Below are positions 51,451-63,126 of a stretch of DNA of 64,000 bases, piece after piece (positions within the stretch are counted from its first letter, which is position 1; each line of letters starts with the position of its first letter). Position numbers and translations under genes: made by a program. The notes under the pieces were generated by a model. That model worked only from the letters and a program-made list of their open reading frames with translations. It was not told the origin of the DNA and made no database searches. The DNA is from Utricularia gibba (lineage: Eukaryota; Plantae; Magnoliophyta): positions 1,178,001 to 1,242,000 of the forward strand of contig NEEC01000016.1 in the NCBI GenBank assembly GCA_002189035.1, written 5' to 3'.

Positions 51451-51603
51451 ACTTCTACATCTTACACATCTTCAAGTCTTGATCACTCAAGCCGTGCCAT
51501 GAGACAATAATCTTTTCTATTGTGATTCACGTTTTTTGTGTACTTGAACTTCATGAGTGTGCTTGCCCGACCCATCGGATCCTGAATTTCAACAAGTGTG
51601 GTA

Positions 51604-51762
51604 TGTTACGGTGTATGTTCTCATAGATAGCGTTCATAGATTGTAACCTTAACTTATATCTAAGCTTAGATTGTGACGTTAGTTTAAGAAACATATTGTA
51701 TAAGCATTCTTATTCTATGGAAAATTACATCGTTTTCCCACTTCTCATTCTTCGTTTGTACA
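51604..51762 (+). mobile_element. Possible short 3' LTR remnant of the copia element
   Basis: TG...CA-bounded ~160 bp segment downstream of the RNase H fragment, with a TATA-like TATAAG. No matching 5' LTR seen in the window. Confidence 0.25.
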
Positions 51763-52279
51763 GCATCGTACATACATTCTATTGATCAGGTGAAGAGGAC
51801 TGCTCTTGCACGAGAGATCTCTAGAAGATTATCTACAAATGAGAGTATGATCACCATCGGAGGATCTTGCGCTGCCGAAATGATCGTGTTGCAGCATGAA
51901 GTCATCGCATGATCAGCAATTACACTTTCCAGTGAATTCGACACCGAGGCGCTGGAGAAGATCCCCAGGTTGGGTGTTGCGCTTGCCTGGAATCCTTGAA
52001 AGCATCCGCATCTTCCCTTCCAGTACTCTGCGTTGTTTGAATCCTTTTTTTTTTTTCAACTGTCGTGTTTTTGAGGTCACACACGCCATCGTCACCAGGT
52101 GGTTGATGCTCAGGAACAGCCTGATCAATTTTGAAGATCACTTGGGTGAATTTCTGCAGTCTGTTCTGCATTTATGGAATAGTAGGCAGGTGATCATGGT
52201 GGTGCTTTATGTGGGAAAATTGGTATATTTGGCAATTGATGGGCAAAATGGAGGCCCAAAGGATCAACTGAATGCCCAC

Positions 52280-52768
52280 ATGATTTCTCCCAAGCTCCCC
52301 AATCCTATTCTCGCGAAACTTCCGGACAACGCAGCCGTGACAAGAAGATCGACGGTAATCTTCACGGCTGCGTCTCCGATTCTTCTACCTGCCTGGTACA
52401 TGCCTCCCGCCGCCGGCGCCTTTAATTTACGTATGACGACGCCGGATAGGACGGTGGAAGAAGCGGAGGCCGAAATCGGGCCTCACGCGAGGAGCCTGGT
52501 GAAGGTGAAGGACCTGTTAACTTCGGAGTCGTGGAGAGACGCACAGAGGGTGCTCCGGAAGAGTGCGGCGGCGCTGAAACTCGACATTTACACCATTATC
52601 CAGTCAAAGCCGCCGAGCGAGAGACGGCGGCTGAGGGAGCTGTACTCGGAGCTATTCAACGCGGCGTCGGAGATGGATTATGCGGCCATGGACGAGGATA
52701 AGGTGAGGGTTTGGGAGAATTACACCGCCATGGTTTCATCTCTACAAGAGATTTTGTCGCGGCTGTAA
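52280..52768 (+). CDS. PQL3: PsbQ-like protein 3, thylakoid lumen (NDH assembly), intronless
   Basis: Twin-Arg plus hydrophobic signal (AVTRRSTVIFTAASPILL...AAGA), then TTPDRTVEEAE, SESWRDAQRVLRKS, LKLDIYTIIQSKP, LRELYSELFNAASEMDYAA. A site II motif GGCCCA near 52253 supports ATG 52280 as the start. Confidence 0.85.
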   Translation: MISPKLPNPILAKLPDNAAVTRRSTVIFTAASPILLPAWYMPPAAGAFNLRMTTPDRTVEEAEAEIGPHARSLVKVKDLLTSESWRDAQRVLRKSAAALKLDIYTIIQSKPPSERRRLRELYSELFNAASEMDYAAMDEDKVRVWENYTAMVSSLQEILSRL

Positions 52769-52873
52769 AAATAATTAATCCTGCTTGATTAACCAACCCT
52801 CCGTTTATTCACGTATTATTTCTGTTCTTCTGGTAATAAAAACTACAACATAATCTTAATGCAAAAGAGATAT

Positions 52874-52947
52874 TGCTCTTGTTGAGAGTCGAACTCAAGA
52901 CCTCCCGCTTACTAAACGGGTGCTCTAACCAACTGAGCTACAAGAGC
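52874..52947 (-). tRNA. trnT-AGU: tRNA-Thr(AGT)
   Basis: GCTCTTG TA GCTC AGTTGGTTA GAGC A CCCGT TTAGTAA GCGGG AGGTC TTGAG TTCGACT CTCAA CAAGAGC A. Complete cloverleaf with A/B boxes, and a T4 terminator ~8 nt downstream. Confidence 0.97.
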
Positions 52948-53380
52948 TTATTGGTAATTGTTTTTATTGAAATAATTATTATACCCACTATGCATCACCT
53001 ACCTTCACAGCTACACCTCCGCCGTGCTACCGGCGGAAGTTTTCTTTACCGGTGACTTTCATGGTATCAAGTACGGTCAAATCAATCCATTTTTTCGCCT
53101 TTTTTTTCCAACGTCATACCATGTGGAAGGGATTTCTTCTGTTTACCTGGAGGTCCCTCGGGCTTCTAGGCTAAGATAGAGAGATTAAATAAATATTCAC
53201 ATTCAGACTTCAAGAAGTCGAATTCACATATTCTAGCTATTTATTTCAGAACAATACTGTACTTCAAAACGCATGACTGCATTGCTGAAGACCCCATCAT
53301 CACAAACACAAGCGCCAATTACGAGAACATGAAATGGCGATGACACCCGAAATTGTAGAAGAAGAAGAAGGAAGAGAAGG

Positions 53381-55434
53381 CTACTTCAGTTCAAGTATCC
53401 ACCCCATTTTATCTTCAGTCAGCCCCATCTGTAGGGAGGTGAGAGCAGAGTAGAGCTGCTGCGACACTCGGCCGACGCCGGCATCTCCATAGGTTACCCT
53501 ATACCACCAAGAGGCACATGCTATGAAATGAAATGAAATGAAATGGCCTTTCGAGTTTAAAGTACTTCACATGCTAACCTTTCACCGAGATAGGTTATGC
53601 TGCCGACAGGCGAAACCACAACTGCGGTTCCTGTGCAGAAGACTTCATCGGCATCAAGAAGCTCTTCTATCGGCACCTGGCGCTCATCCACCTTCAGTGT
53701 CACAGAGAAGAGCAGGAAGTGTGAGAGATGAGGGGTCCTGCTTAACTGTATAACAGAAGGCATACCTGGAATCCTAGACTCCTGGCAACGTCAATGATGC
53801 TCTTTCGAGTGATGCCGGGAAGAATGGTACCCTTGATCTCAGGAGTAGCAATCACGTTGCCCTGAGAAAAAAAGTATGTAACTTCAAGTAACTACTTGAT
53901 GAAGTGGGCCTGTTTTTGCTGTGTTAGGTTATATGATTATTTTCACCTTCACCACAAACACATTGCAGGACGAAACTTCTTCCAAGTACCTCTTGTGGAT
54001 GCTGTCCAAGTACAGAACATCAGCAAAGCCCTTTGCTTTTGCAGCACTCTGTGCCAGTAGAACCTGTAAAATAAGGCTATGACTATCGTTCTCAGAATAC
54101 AAATCTATAAAAGAAACAAGCGCCTGATAAATCAACATTCCAATCAATATGAACCAGAAGACAGAATAGTTTAGTAACATAAAAGCCGCTTACGGGGCAT
54201 AATTTCCAATGGTTTTCACTCCCCCAGTACCTCCGGGAGTAGCACGATGCATTTCAGTTTCAACTATCAGGTTTATTGGTGCCAAGCCTTCCTGGAAATT
54301 AAAGAAGATCCGCATGTTGATTAATAATGAGATTGAAGGGACAGCAAATCCATGAGCAACAAATCAAACAACATGATCTACTCAAGCTGATGATCATACC
54401 TTGAAATAGTTTCCAACTGGTGATACATAAACCAGAAAGGTGTACTCAGGAGCCGGCGCTAGACCAAGAACAGCTCCACTTCCCATAAGCAAAGGCCTGA
54501 TGTACAGGGAGCCTTTACCAGGTGGGGAATCTGAAGGCGTTACAAAAGAAAATGAGAACGATACCCCAAAATCACAGCATACTGTAAACCACATTTTCCT
54601 AATGAAACTAATACCCATCTCTCATTTGCCAAGACAGTGGCTTTGACTGCCTCAATGAAATCCTCCACTGTTGGCGCAGGCATACACATACGCACCGCAC
54701 CCGTCCTAAGTCGAAGAGCATTTTCCTCAGGGCGAAACAGTAAAATATTCCCATCATGCTTCCTATAAGCTTTCAATCCCTCAAATAATCCCTGAGAATG
54801 ATGCATTAAGCAGGGTTAAATGGAAGCTTAATTACTTGAGGGCACATCACTGAAGAGAAGCAAGATTACCAACCTGTCCATAATTCAGAATTCCAGCAGA
54901 TGGACTTAACTCAATGTTACCAAAAGGCTGCAGACCACCTTTACAAAATGCCTCGCCTTTGCCACACTTGGTCACATACATGTAATCAGTCGGCAAAAAT
55001 GAAAAACCAAGATTGTCCCAATTCACATCGGCAACCTGTTGTGCTACATTGCTGTACAAAAATGACACCCCAGTTCATGAAACAAACGAGCAGACGAGAA
55101 AGCTACGCAATCGCGAACCAGTACGCCAATCCTCCAACCCACCTGGAAACCGAACCCATTCGACAACAGATCACATTGCCCTTGCCGTGGTTAGTGCGAA
55201 ACGTTAAACTCTGTACAGAAAAGTAATAAAAAATCAGAATTCGAAAGCAAGCCCCCAAAAGAATGAACTGAAAACAACCGAAGAAACCGGGCACAGAAAA
55301 ATCACCTTTCCCGATACGGAATTCCGAGAGAAGAGCTTCCCGGAGATGGAAGACGGAGAACCAATAGCATAAGCATGAAGATAATGGAAAGTCAAGCTTT
55401 CACGCGCGCCGGAAATGAAACCAGTAGCCTCCAT
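53381..55434 (-). CDS. BCAT: Branched-chain amino acid aminotransferase, plastid type (BCAT3/5-like), 10 exons; two -1 frameshifts as assembled
   Basis: [51 protein letters not shown]-lysine motif [54 protein letters not shown]; ends MGWILELK* at 53381. Confidence 0.93.
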
Positions 55435-55868
55435 CTCCGATTCTGAATCTCAGTCTCTCGATTCCTCGTTCCACTTTACACACAAAACGAGGAACCTTTC
55501 TTCCGCCGCCGTGATCCACTGACAACCCTCACATTATTTCTCAATAACCTTAAAAAAATTAATTAATTGCTTAATTAATAATTTCATGAAAAAGAAAAAT
55601 ATACGTGTAATAATAAAAAATATTAAAAAATGACTATTTTTTTAAAAATAGTCGCCGACAGTCGTACCCTCTAGCCTAGCTATTACATGATGGGTCAGTG
55701 GCATTGCTGCTGCAATTCCATATCATCCATCGAACATTCTGGAAAGAACTAGACATGTTCGACTTAGGGTCTTTGTGCCCGTTTCATTTTTAGTATGCAT
55801 TCTATTTATGATGATGATACTAACCATACTTCGTATCGTAGAAGCTTCCAAACCCCACAATTGATGGT

Positions 55869-55917
55869 CGGCCCACTGACTCATTCACGCGGCCCAATCA
55901 TCACCCTTCACGGCCCA
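55869..55917 (-). promoter_or_regulatory. Three site II elements at exact 21-bp spacing plus a TGACTCA motif, BCAT promoter
   Basis: CGGCCCA at 55869, 55890 and 55911; TGACTCA at 55877-55883. Confidence 0.55.
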
Positions 55918-57104
55918 ACAGGGCTACTTCAGTAATAGTATGCTGCTACTCATTATTGATCGGACACATTGGACCATATTATATACAAATTTGTGACGCC
56001 ACAAGATTGTACATAAGTGTTGCAGGATGACAAGACCTACAAATCACTTGAAGAAGTTAAATAAATACGTACAATACATAAAACTCGAAATGATTTTTTC
56101 GATCACAATAATAAAAAACGTAATATGTGATAAAGATTCCCAATGTTTAAAATTGTGGGAATGAAAAGCGTAAGGTGACATTTCTAGTGTTACGATAAGA
56201 ATATTTGTCGTAAAAAAGTGACGGATATCTTCAAAAGAACAATAGATTCCTTATCTAATACATGTAGAATAAAATCCATAACCAAATATACATTCTCATA
56301 CTCGTAATTCATAAAACGATCTTATCTAAAAATAATTAATTTTTTCACACGTTTATAATAAGACGATCAAATTTATAAATCCGTAACTTACGTCCCGAGT
56401 CATGAGTTGTATTTATCTCTTTCATAGATTATAAGATTGGAAATGTGGTTTAGGAGAGAGATGGGGAACAACTTAGGTGGGTCAAATGGATTTGTGCTGG
56501 GGAGATGCGAATGGGCATGTGAGGTCCGCGTACACGCACCCACCCTTTACGACAATCATTGCCCTCTATCTTATCTTAAAAGTTCAAAGTGCACGTGTAT
56601 TTTAATCATCCCAAACGCATCATCATCATTATTGTTTATAGTCAAGGAGGGGGCAGAGCATGCTTCAGTGATGTCCAATGATAATGATTTTTTTATTAAA
56701 AAATATCCATAATACAATTAAACTATGATTAAAATTATAATATTAATAAATACAAAATATTATTTTTTTACTAATAATATTAAAAAATATTGGATACGCC
56801 TCTCCTCATTTTGCGACTTGAGACCCCAATGGTGTATAATTTAACTGCTTTTGCCCAGTTGCCGCTTTGTGTTAGAAATTATGATTTTGTTTCTCGAAAA
56901 ATATTATCTCTCAGAACATGTTATGTAAACTAAATCATTTGAAGTAATTTTACTTAATTTTTATAGATTCCAATCTTATCTTGGTTTGTGATAAAATTAG
57001 AAATTCATAATCTATAATTAATTTTAGAAATTGTTAAATTTTAGGAATTTATATTTTAATGATTAAATAAAAAATTAATTAGAAAATTATAATATTTTTG
57101 TATC

Positions 57105-57231
57105 AATATATTTTAAATATATATATATATATTTATGATATCATATGAAACTAGATAATAATTTAATATGTCAAGATCTATAATATAATTTTATATTATT
57201 ATATAAAACAGTATTACAATCTAAAAATTGA
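57105..57231 (-). repeat. AT-rich dispersed repeat family A, copy 3 (inverted)
   Basis: Reverse complement TCAATTTTTAGATTGTAATACTGTTTTATATAATAATATAAAATTATATTATA matches 19748-19800. Confidence 0.6.
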
Positions 57232-57787
57232 AACAAAAATTAAAAAACAGAAACCCGTAGTTTTTTTAAGTTAGAGATAATTTTAGATTTATACTATTTT
57301 TAAAAATAATTAAAAATCATTAACAATTTATTTCTAAAAACATAAATTTCACCAGATATATCACATATTTCCCATAAAGTGAATTTAATGCTGACTCCTC
57401 CAAAGTTTTTTTTTCTTAAAAAAAAAAAGAGTTCAATATCCGACAAGGGGAATGCCGCACAAAATTTAGTATACTTTAGGGTCTACTTATCCGTAGAGTA
57501 TCCTATGTAGATGTCTAGGCGATAGATTCGTCAATAAAAAAGCATAAAAGTACTACCTTTTTCCTCTTGCCAACATGGGTATTGCATTGCACTTTTTTTT
57601 ATCATCACCTTGATTAGATTAGGGAAGCATATTATATAACCATAGACTTATGGTCTATTGAGTAACATATTATTAAACCAAGTACTCTGTTACTGTTACT
57701 TGCACTATGATGCATCATTTGTCTAGAAGTTGCATCTGTTGACATTGCTCCATCCATTCCCAAAGTCAAACTTCAGAGCTACGGTGG

Positions 57788-57796
57788 GCCACGTCA
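57788..57796 (+). promoter_or_regulatory. ABRE/hex-like bZIP site upstream of the HD-Zip II gene
   Basis: GCCACGTCA about 275 bp upstream of ATG 58069, overlapping a TGGGCC site II. Confidence 0.4.
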
Positions 57797-58068
57797 GCGT
57801 CGGGAGGTGTCGCCGTGTCCGGGTGGGTTCGACACCAGACCCGTCCTCAGAGCGTGTCTTTTGTAATCACCGCGACTAAGGAAAATGGGATTTTTCCCTT
57901 AGGCATCTCGCTCTCATGCTCTTCTTTTGAATTCATTATTAATAATCATGGAAACGCCACCCACCCGCCTACCTACAAAAGCCCCCCACCCTCTCCTTGG
58001 GCTCTCCTACGAGAACGCCATCAGTTCGGACAACTCAATTGCTTCTTTTTTTCCCTTGAGTTTTACAG

Positions 58069-59033
58069 ATGGGTATGGGTTTGGAAGAAGAGGGGCTTGC
58101 TCTGGAGCTGGGATTATCCTCCACGCCGCCGGAGGGGAAGCCGAAGAAATCGGCGGCGGCGGGGGCGGCCTTGGTTAGGGAACATGAGCCATCGTTGGCT
58201 CTCACTTTGTCCGGGGAGACCTATGATCTGTTTCCTCCGGTGAGATCCGATGAGAGGAAAGGGAAATCGATTGACTTGTATAGACAAGACAGCGGGGCTT
58301 CATCTTTCTCTAGTGTTAAGAGGGAGAGGGCGATCAACGGCGGGGATGAGGCGGAGGAAACAGAGAGGGTCTCGTCGAGAGTGAGCGATGAAGATGACGA
58401 CGGATCCAACGCCAGGAAAAAGCTTCGTCTCAGTAAAGCGCAATCCGCGCTTTTGGAGGAAAGCTTCAAGCAACACAGTACTCTGAATCCTGTAAGCCAA
58501 TCAGTTTCTCTTTTCCTTTTGCCCCTGTTTCTAATCCGATCGCCCTGAATCTCAGATTCAGAAGCAAGATCTCTCTCGGGAACTCAAATTGACTCCTCGT
58601 CAGGTTGAAGTTTGGTTCCAGAACAGGAGAGCTAGGTAACCATTCAATTTTCCCCAATTCCCATCCAATCTTTTTTTTTTTCCCCAAACCTAGAACGAAA
58701 AATCATCAATCCCGCAGAACGAAGCTGAAACAAACCGAAGTCGATTGCGACTTTCTGAAGAAACTCTGCGAATCGCTGACGGACGAAAACCGACGGCTGC
58801 AGAAGGAGTTACAAGAATTGAAGGCGATCCACTCCGCCCAGCCGCTATACATGCAGATTCCAGCCGCCACCCTGACGATGTGCCCCTCCTGCGAGAGAAT
58901 CGCCTCCGCCTCCGCCCTCGCGGTGGTACCCGAAACCCCCGCGAAGAGCTCGCTCATCATGGCCGCCGCCGCCGCCGCCCCCAAGCCGAATTTGTTCAAC
59001 CCTTCCGTCAGCAGTTTGCTAATTAATCACTAG
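58069..59033 (+). CDS. HAT22: HD-Zip class II transcription factor, HAT22/HAT9-like, 3 exons
   Basis: N-terminal EAR-like [28 protein letters not shown], homeodomain [26 protein letters not shown]|KQ...[13 protein letters not shown]|[10 protein letters not shown], leucine zipper, [10 protein letters not shown]. Confidence 0.93.
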
Positions 59034-61528
59034 ACAATCCGAATCTGGGTGTACGGTCACATATTTTAAAGGTATGGAGCCATTCCCAACCCTATTTTTT
59101 GGTTCGGAATGTGGCTCGTAGATCGGAGGGAGCGATGTGGTTTAGCAAAAGTTAGAAAGGAGACAAGGACCAATCATCCCAAGTGCTTCATTAGCGCGTG
59201 ACAAATTATTATCATTATTATTATTAATATTATTATCTTGTACATTCCTGTTATTATTAAATATGTCGATATTATCATTATTGCATGGTTGAATTGGCGT
59301 CCCGTATAGGCTTTAAACGACATGGAAATCGAATTATTCCAAAAAAATAATAATAAAAAACACATGGTGATACATATAGGTAGCATCCTCGTATTTCATG
59401 CATTATTTTTATACAATTTAATTTATTTAAGTTGGAATATCCTCTTTTTTAATTTTCTAAAATATCCGAATAAAAGCAACAACGACATGAGTCCCAGTAT
59501 TTATTCCCGCGGTTATGATTTAGCGACAGCGAGGGACTAATGGTCGTGATGACCTCGTGGAATGTCCCTAAATCTACGAACCAATGGGACACCCCCACCA
59601 CGTGATTTATTTACTATTTTTTTCACTATTGTATTTCACCCCTTTTTGTGTGATTTATTTATTTCCAAAAATTATTCAGTATATATATGTTTGGCATGCT
59701 CTAAAGCAAATATAATTTTTATTTATTATTTCTGGGAATATATTTATAAGGGTAGAGTTTGACGATAATGCTCCAAATTATATTTAATATAAAAATTTTA
59801 TTTTTAAAATTTTAAAATTACTTTTTTGATCTCTTAATATGTTTTTTTGTAAACATTTAGCTCCTAAACTTATGAAATTACATATTTGATCTCACATGTT
59901 ATTAAAATTAACTAATTTTGACCTTGATACTTGTATAATATTGCATCGTTGAAAATAGTATATACAAATATCACAAGATGTGAATACGATATAACTCTAA
60001 TAAGATTATCATTCGATTCACTGAACTCCTAATACGAATGCAAAAAAATATTATTACGAAATTTTATTGAATTTGAATTCACAGTACAGTGAACCAATTC
60101 ATTTTTTAAAAATTTTTAAAAATATTTAAGTCTTCATTGTACAGTTTTAAAACTTAAAAATTAATTTTTTTATAATGATCCAAAATTATGGTGTTTTTAT
60201 TGTAATTTTATCATATTTATAAATATGAATTCTCGTTGTTGGAGTGGGACACACGTCAACTTCGGTGTTCCCTGTGCGCATTTCACACCATATTGTGTGT
60301 AGTGTTAGGTGTGGTGGTCGCAATAATTGGCGACGCGCCCACACCATTAACGGGTGTCCCTCCAATCATTTGTCGACACGATTCATGTCCGGAGTCCAAG
60401 GACCTGGCGGCAAAAATGGAAAAGAAAAAGGACCAACAGTCTAAAATATGCAAATTTAGCAAAGGGGCCCTTTAGATGTTGAAAAGTACTCATTCTTACA
60501 TTTTCCCATATATTAAATTATTAGAATATGGCCAATTTTATAACAAACATGATTGAAAATGATAATATTTTTTTTAATAAAATTGAAAATGAGTGTTGAA
60601 CACAAGGAAAAATAGTATTTTAAATATTTATGCAATTTTGACGCTCAACAAGGAAAATTAGAAGACATTTAAACTGTATTTACGAAAATGAGGTTCTCAC
60701 ACAAAACATGTCTTATAAGAGAAATTGAGGAAGCTACAGAACTCTCAGAAGCCCCCACAAGAGTACAACTTCTATGCAAAGGAATACATAAGTTCTTATG
60801 ATTCTTAGTAATCTCTTACATTTGTTTATAAGGAAACCTTATTTCCAAACTTGATGTTATTTAAATTAAGAATACGATAAGCCACACGATTATATGTGAA
60901 TCTTAAATATATAAAAAAATATAAATCATATTATAAAAAATTAAATAAAATCAATAATTAATAATTTACAATCTTTTATATATTTGATTATTTCATTTAA
61001 ATTTTTTCAATGTAAAATTGTTTATTTTAATATTCATTCTAAAAAACAATTTTTAACTGTATTCAATATTAATAATTAAAAATGAGTATTAAAATAAAAG
61101 ATTTTATATTAAAAAAATTAAATTAAAATAATAAAATATATAATAAAATTATAGATTACTACTAATTAGTTAAAATTAATATTTTCTAATCTAATATATA
61201 TATTTTTTGTATAATGAAGCTTCACACATACACATACTCATGACCTACACCCTAAACACTAGGCCATTACCGACATATGTTTTCAACACGTACTTGCCTA
61301 ATCTATCAAATTTGATAATTTCAATATATGTTTTCATTATTTTTAATGTCTATTACAATGACATTGAATTAGATTTTACATATATCGGGCTAAATAAAGC
61401 AAGCTTTTCCTTAAAAACATATGCCCGCCGACAATTAATGTGCCATAATATGTAATCGTGTGTTAGTCAAGAAATGAACGTTGAGAAAAGTGGTGTGTCT
61501 CCCCCCGCTTTAATTACCTTGATGATTT

Positions 61529-61818
61529 CCTTATCCGGATCCTAATCCCCAGGAAAGCAACCAACACAATTGACACGTGGCGTCCACTCACTCGCGGCTG
61601 TCCATCAAACGTATCTCCGTCCTTGTCCCCTCTTTTCTTTTAGCTTTTCATCCGGTCCAGCTGGGTGCATTATCATCTCCTTGTTGTCTAAACGGTTCGG
61701 GGCTTGACCGGGTTCGAGTAATTAACCACATCAAATGGGCTTGACCAGGCCCATAACATTTCAACCCTATTCGGCCCATAGGCCCACTTTGTTTCGAAAA
61801 GCTAGGGTCCCACTGGGC
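61529..61818. promoter_or_regulatory. I-box + G-box + five site II motifs with no adjacent gene start
   Basis: CCTTATCC 61529-61536 (I-box, reverse strand), GACACGTGGC 61572-61581, and TGGGCY/RGCCCA at 61736, 61748, 61773, 61780 and 61813. Confidence 0.45.
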
Positions 61819-62367
61819 TACCTTATTGGGTTTTTGAACTACATTGCATGATTATATCGAGTGCGTGATTCACAAGGTGCGTGCAAGGCGTGTGAGTTTT
61901 AAATTACTTATTGTAATTGATAAATTTATTTTATTTTATTTATTATTGTATTAATTTATATAATATGTATATATTTTAAAATAACGTATCTTTAACACAC
62001 CTTAAAAATCGAATTTTTAAAATCAACGAATCTCACACCTATTTTGGTGCAACCTACGTTTTGAAACTGATCGAATTACTACACATTTTTTAAAACATTG
62101 AATAAATTGCACAGTCGCGTATCCGACGCGTGCACGCGCACCACGCTAATTAGTATTCTATGACACTCGAGTCGCCTGCCACGGGAATAACTAATAAATT
62201 AATTATTTGATTTTCTTTTTTTTCTCTTATTTTTAGGGTTTAGGGTTTTTATCTGGTTGTCACGTGACTGCGAATCAGAAGGCAACGTGGAATAGAGATG
62301 ATCCAGTAACAAAACCCAATCTTGAAGCTGGTTGTCAAATAACCTTCCCGTCGTTGGAGACGACGGG

Positions 62368-62883
62368 TCACTGGGCGGCGGCGGCCGCCGGCCGAATAGC
62401 GTCCCTAACCAGTGTCACGACTTCTGCAACCGTCAAATCGAACCGTTCCTCGAGCTGATCAATGGACAAAAAGTGGTCTTATTTTCAGCTGGAGTAAATG
62501 AGTAACGTGATCGTACGTACCTCCGCCACGATCGTAATGTCGAGGAGGAGGTTTCCGAAGACGGAGGAATTGGTGTTCACCACGACCATGTTGAGGCTCT
62601 CCACCTTGGACAGCAACTTGGCAAGAACCCCTCTTTGTTTCTCGCATTGGATGCGGAGCAGCATGCGGTTTTCGTATATTCGACCTTCGATCTCCGGCAG
62701 TGGGACCGCCACGGTGCTCCCATTTCGCTCCCCGTCGTCCTCCTCCGCCGCCAGCCGTGTCCTTGTCACCACGGTCACCGACTCCATGGAAGTTCTCCCC
62801 TCCGCCTCCTCGAGCGTTCTGACCCTGTCTTGCAGAACCCTCATGCATTTTATAGCATCCGCAAAAACCGAACCTCCATCCAT
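62368..62883 (-). CDS. 5'-truncated bHLH subgroup IVa-like (bHLH18/25/NAI1 type): helix 2 + ACT-like domain only, 149 aa; may be a pseudogene
   Basis: MDGGSVFADAIKCMRVLQDRVRTLEE (compare MDKASVLGDAIKYLKQLQERVKTLEE), LPEIEGRIYENRMLLRIQCEKQRGVLAKLLSKVESLNMVVVNTNSSVFGNLLLDITIVAE, 66-nt intron 62455-62520, LEERFDLTVAEVVTLVRDAI...* at 62368. No basic-region/helix 1 exon found up to the window end. Confidence 0.75.
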
Positions 62884-63039
62884 CTTTCAAAAAACAAAAA
62901 AAACAAAAGAAGAAGAAAGTTACAAAGGAATTGAATGACGCTTGAGGTGGAATTTGCATGGATAATGTATATGAGAGCACCGAATGGCCTTTTCTTCATT
63001 ATTTTATTGTCTGCATGGAGGTATAGGGCCATTTTTTTA

Positions 63040-63126
63040 TTGCTAGCGTCCTTCAATGACGATTTGCCCAACACCCAGAAGCCAGAAAGAGAAGATTCCT
63101 TGCAACAGTTCTGGTATTTCCCAATG
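63040..63126 (-). mobile_element. Possible LINE-type RNase H fragment
   Basis: Translation ELLQGIFSFWLLGVGQIVIEG followed by DASN in a shifted frame. It resembles the LL.GL..AW.LG...V.VEGD motif of plant LINE RNase H. Short and degraded. Confidence 0.3.

Noticed and set aside
51896-52279. 128-aa N-terminal extension making PQL3 a 290-aa ORF
   Set aside because: It contains a T11 tract and a site II promoter motif. The Tat-type signal begins only after ATG 52280, so this is probably a chance open frame.
59541-59610. C/D snoRNA suggested by a GTGATGA box
   Set aside because: No CTGA D box at a suitable distance and no terminal stem.
62127-62154. Palindrome CGCGTGCACGCG followed by TTAGT as a Helitron 3' end
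   Set aside because: The terminus is not CTRR and no 5' TC end or matching copy was found.
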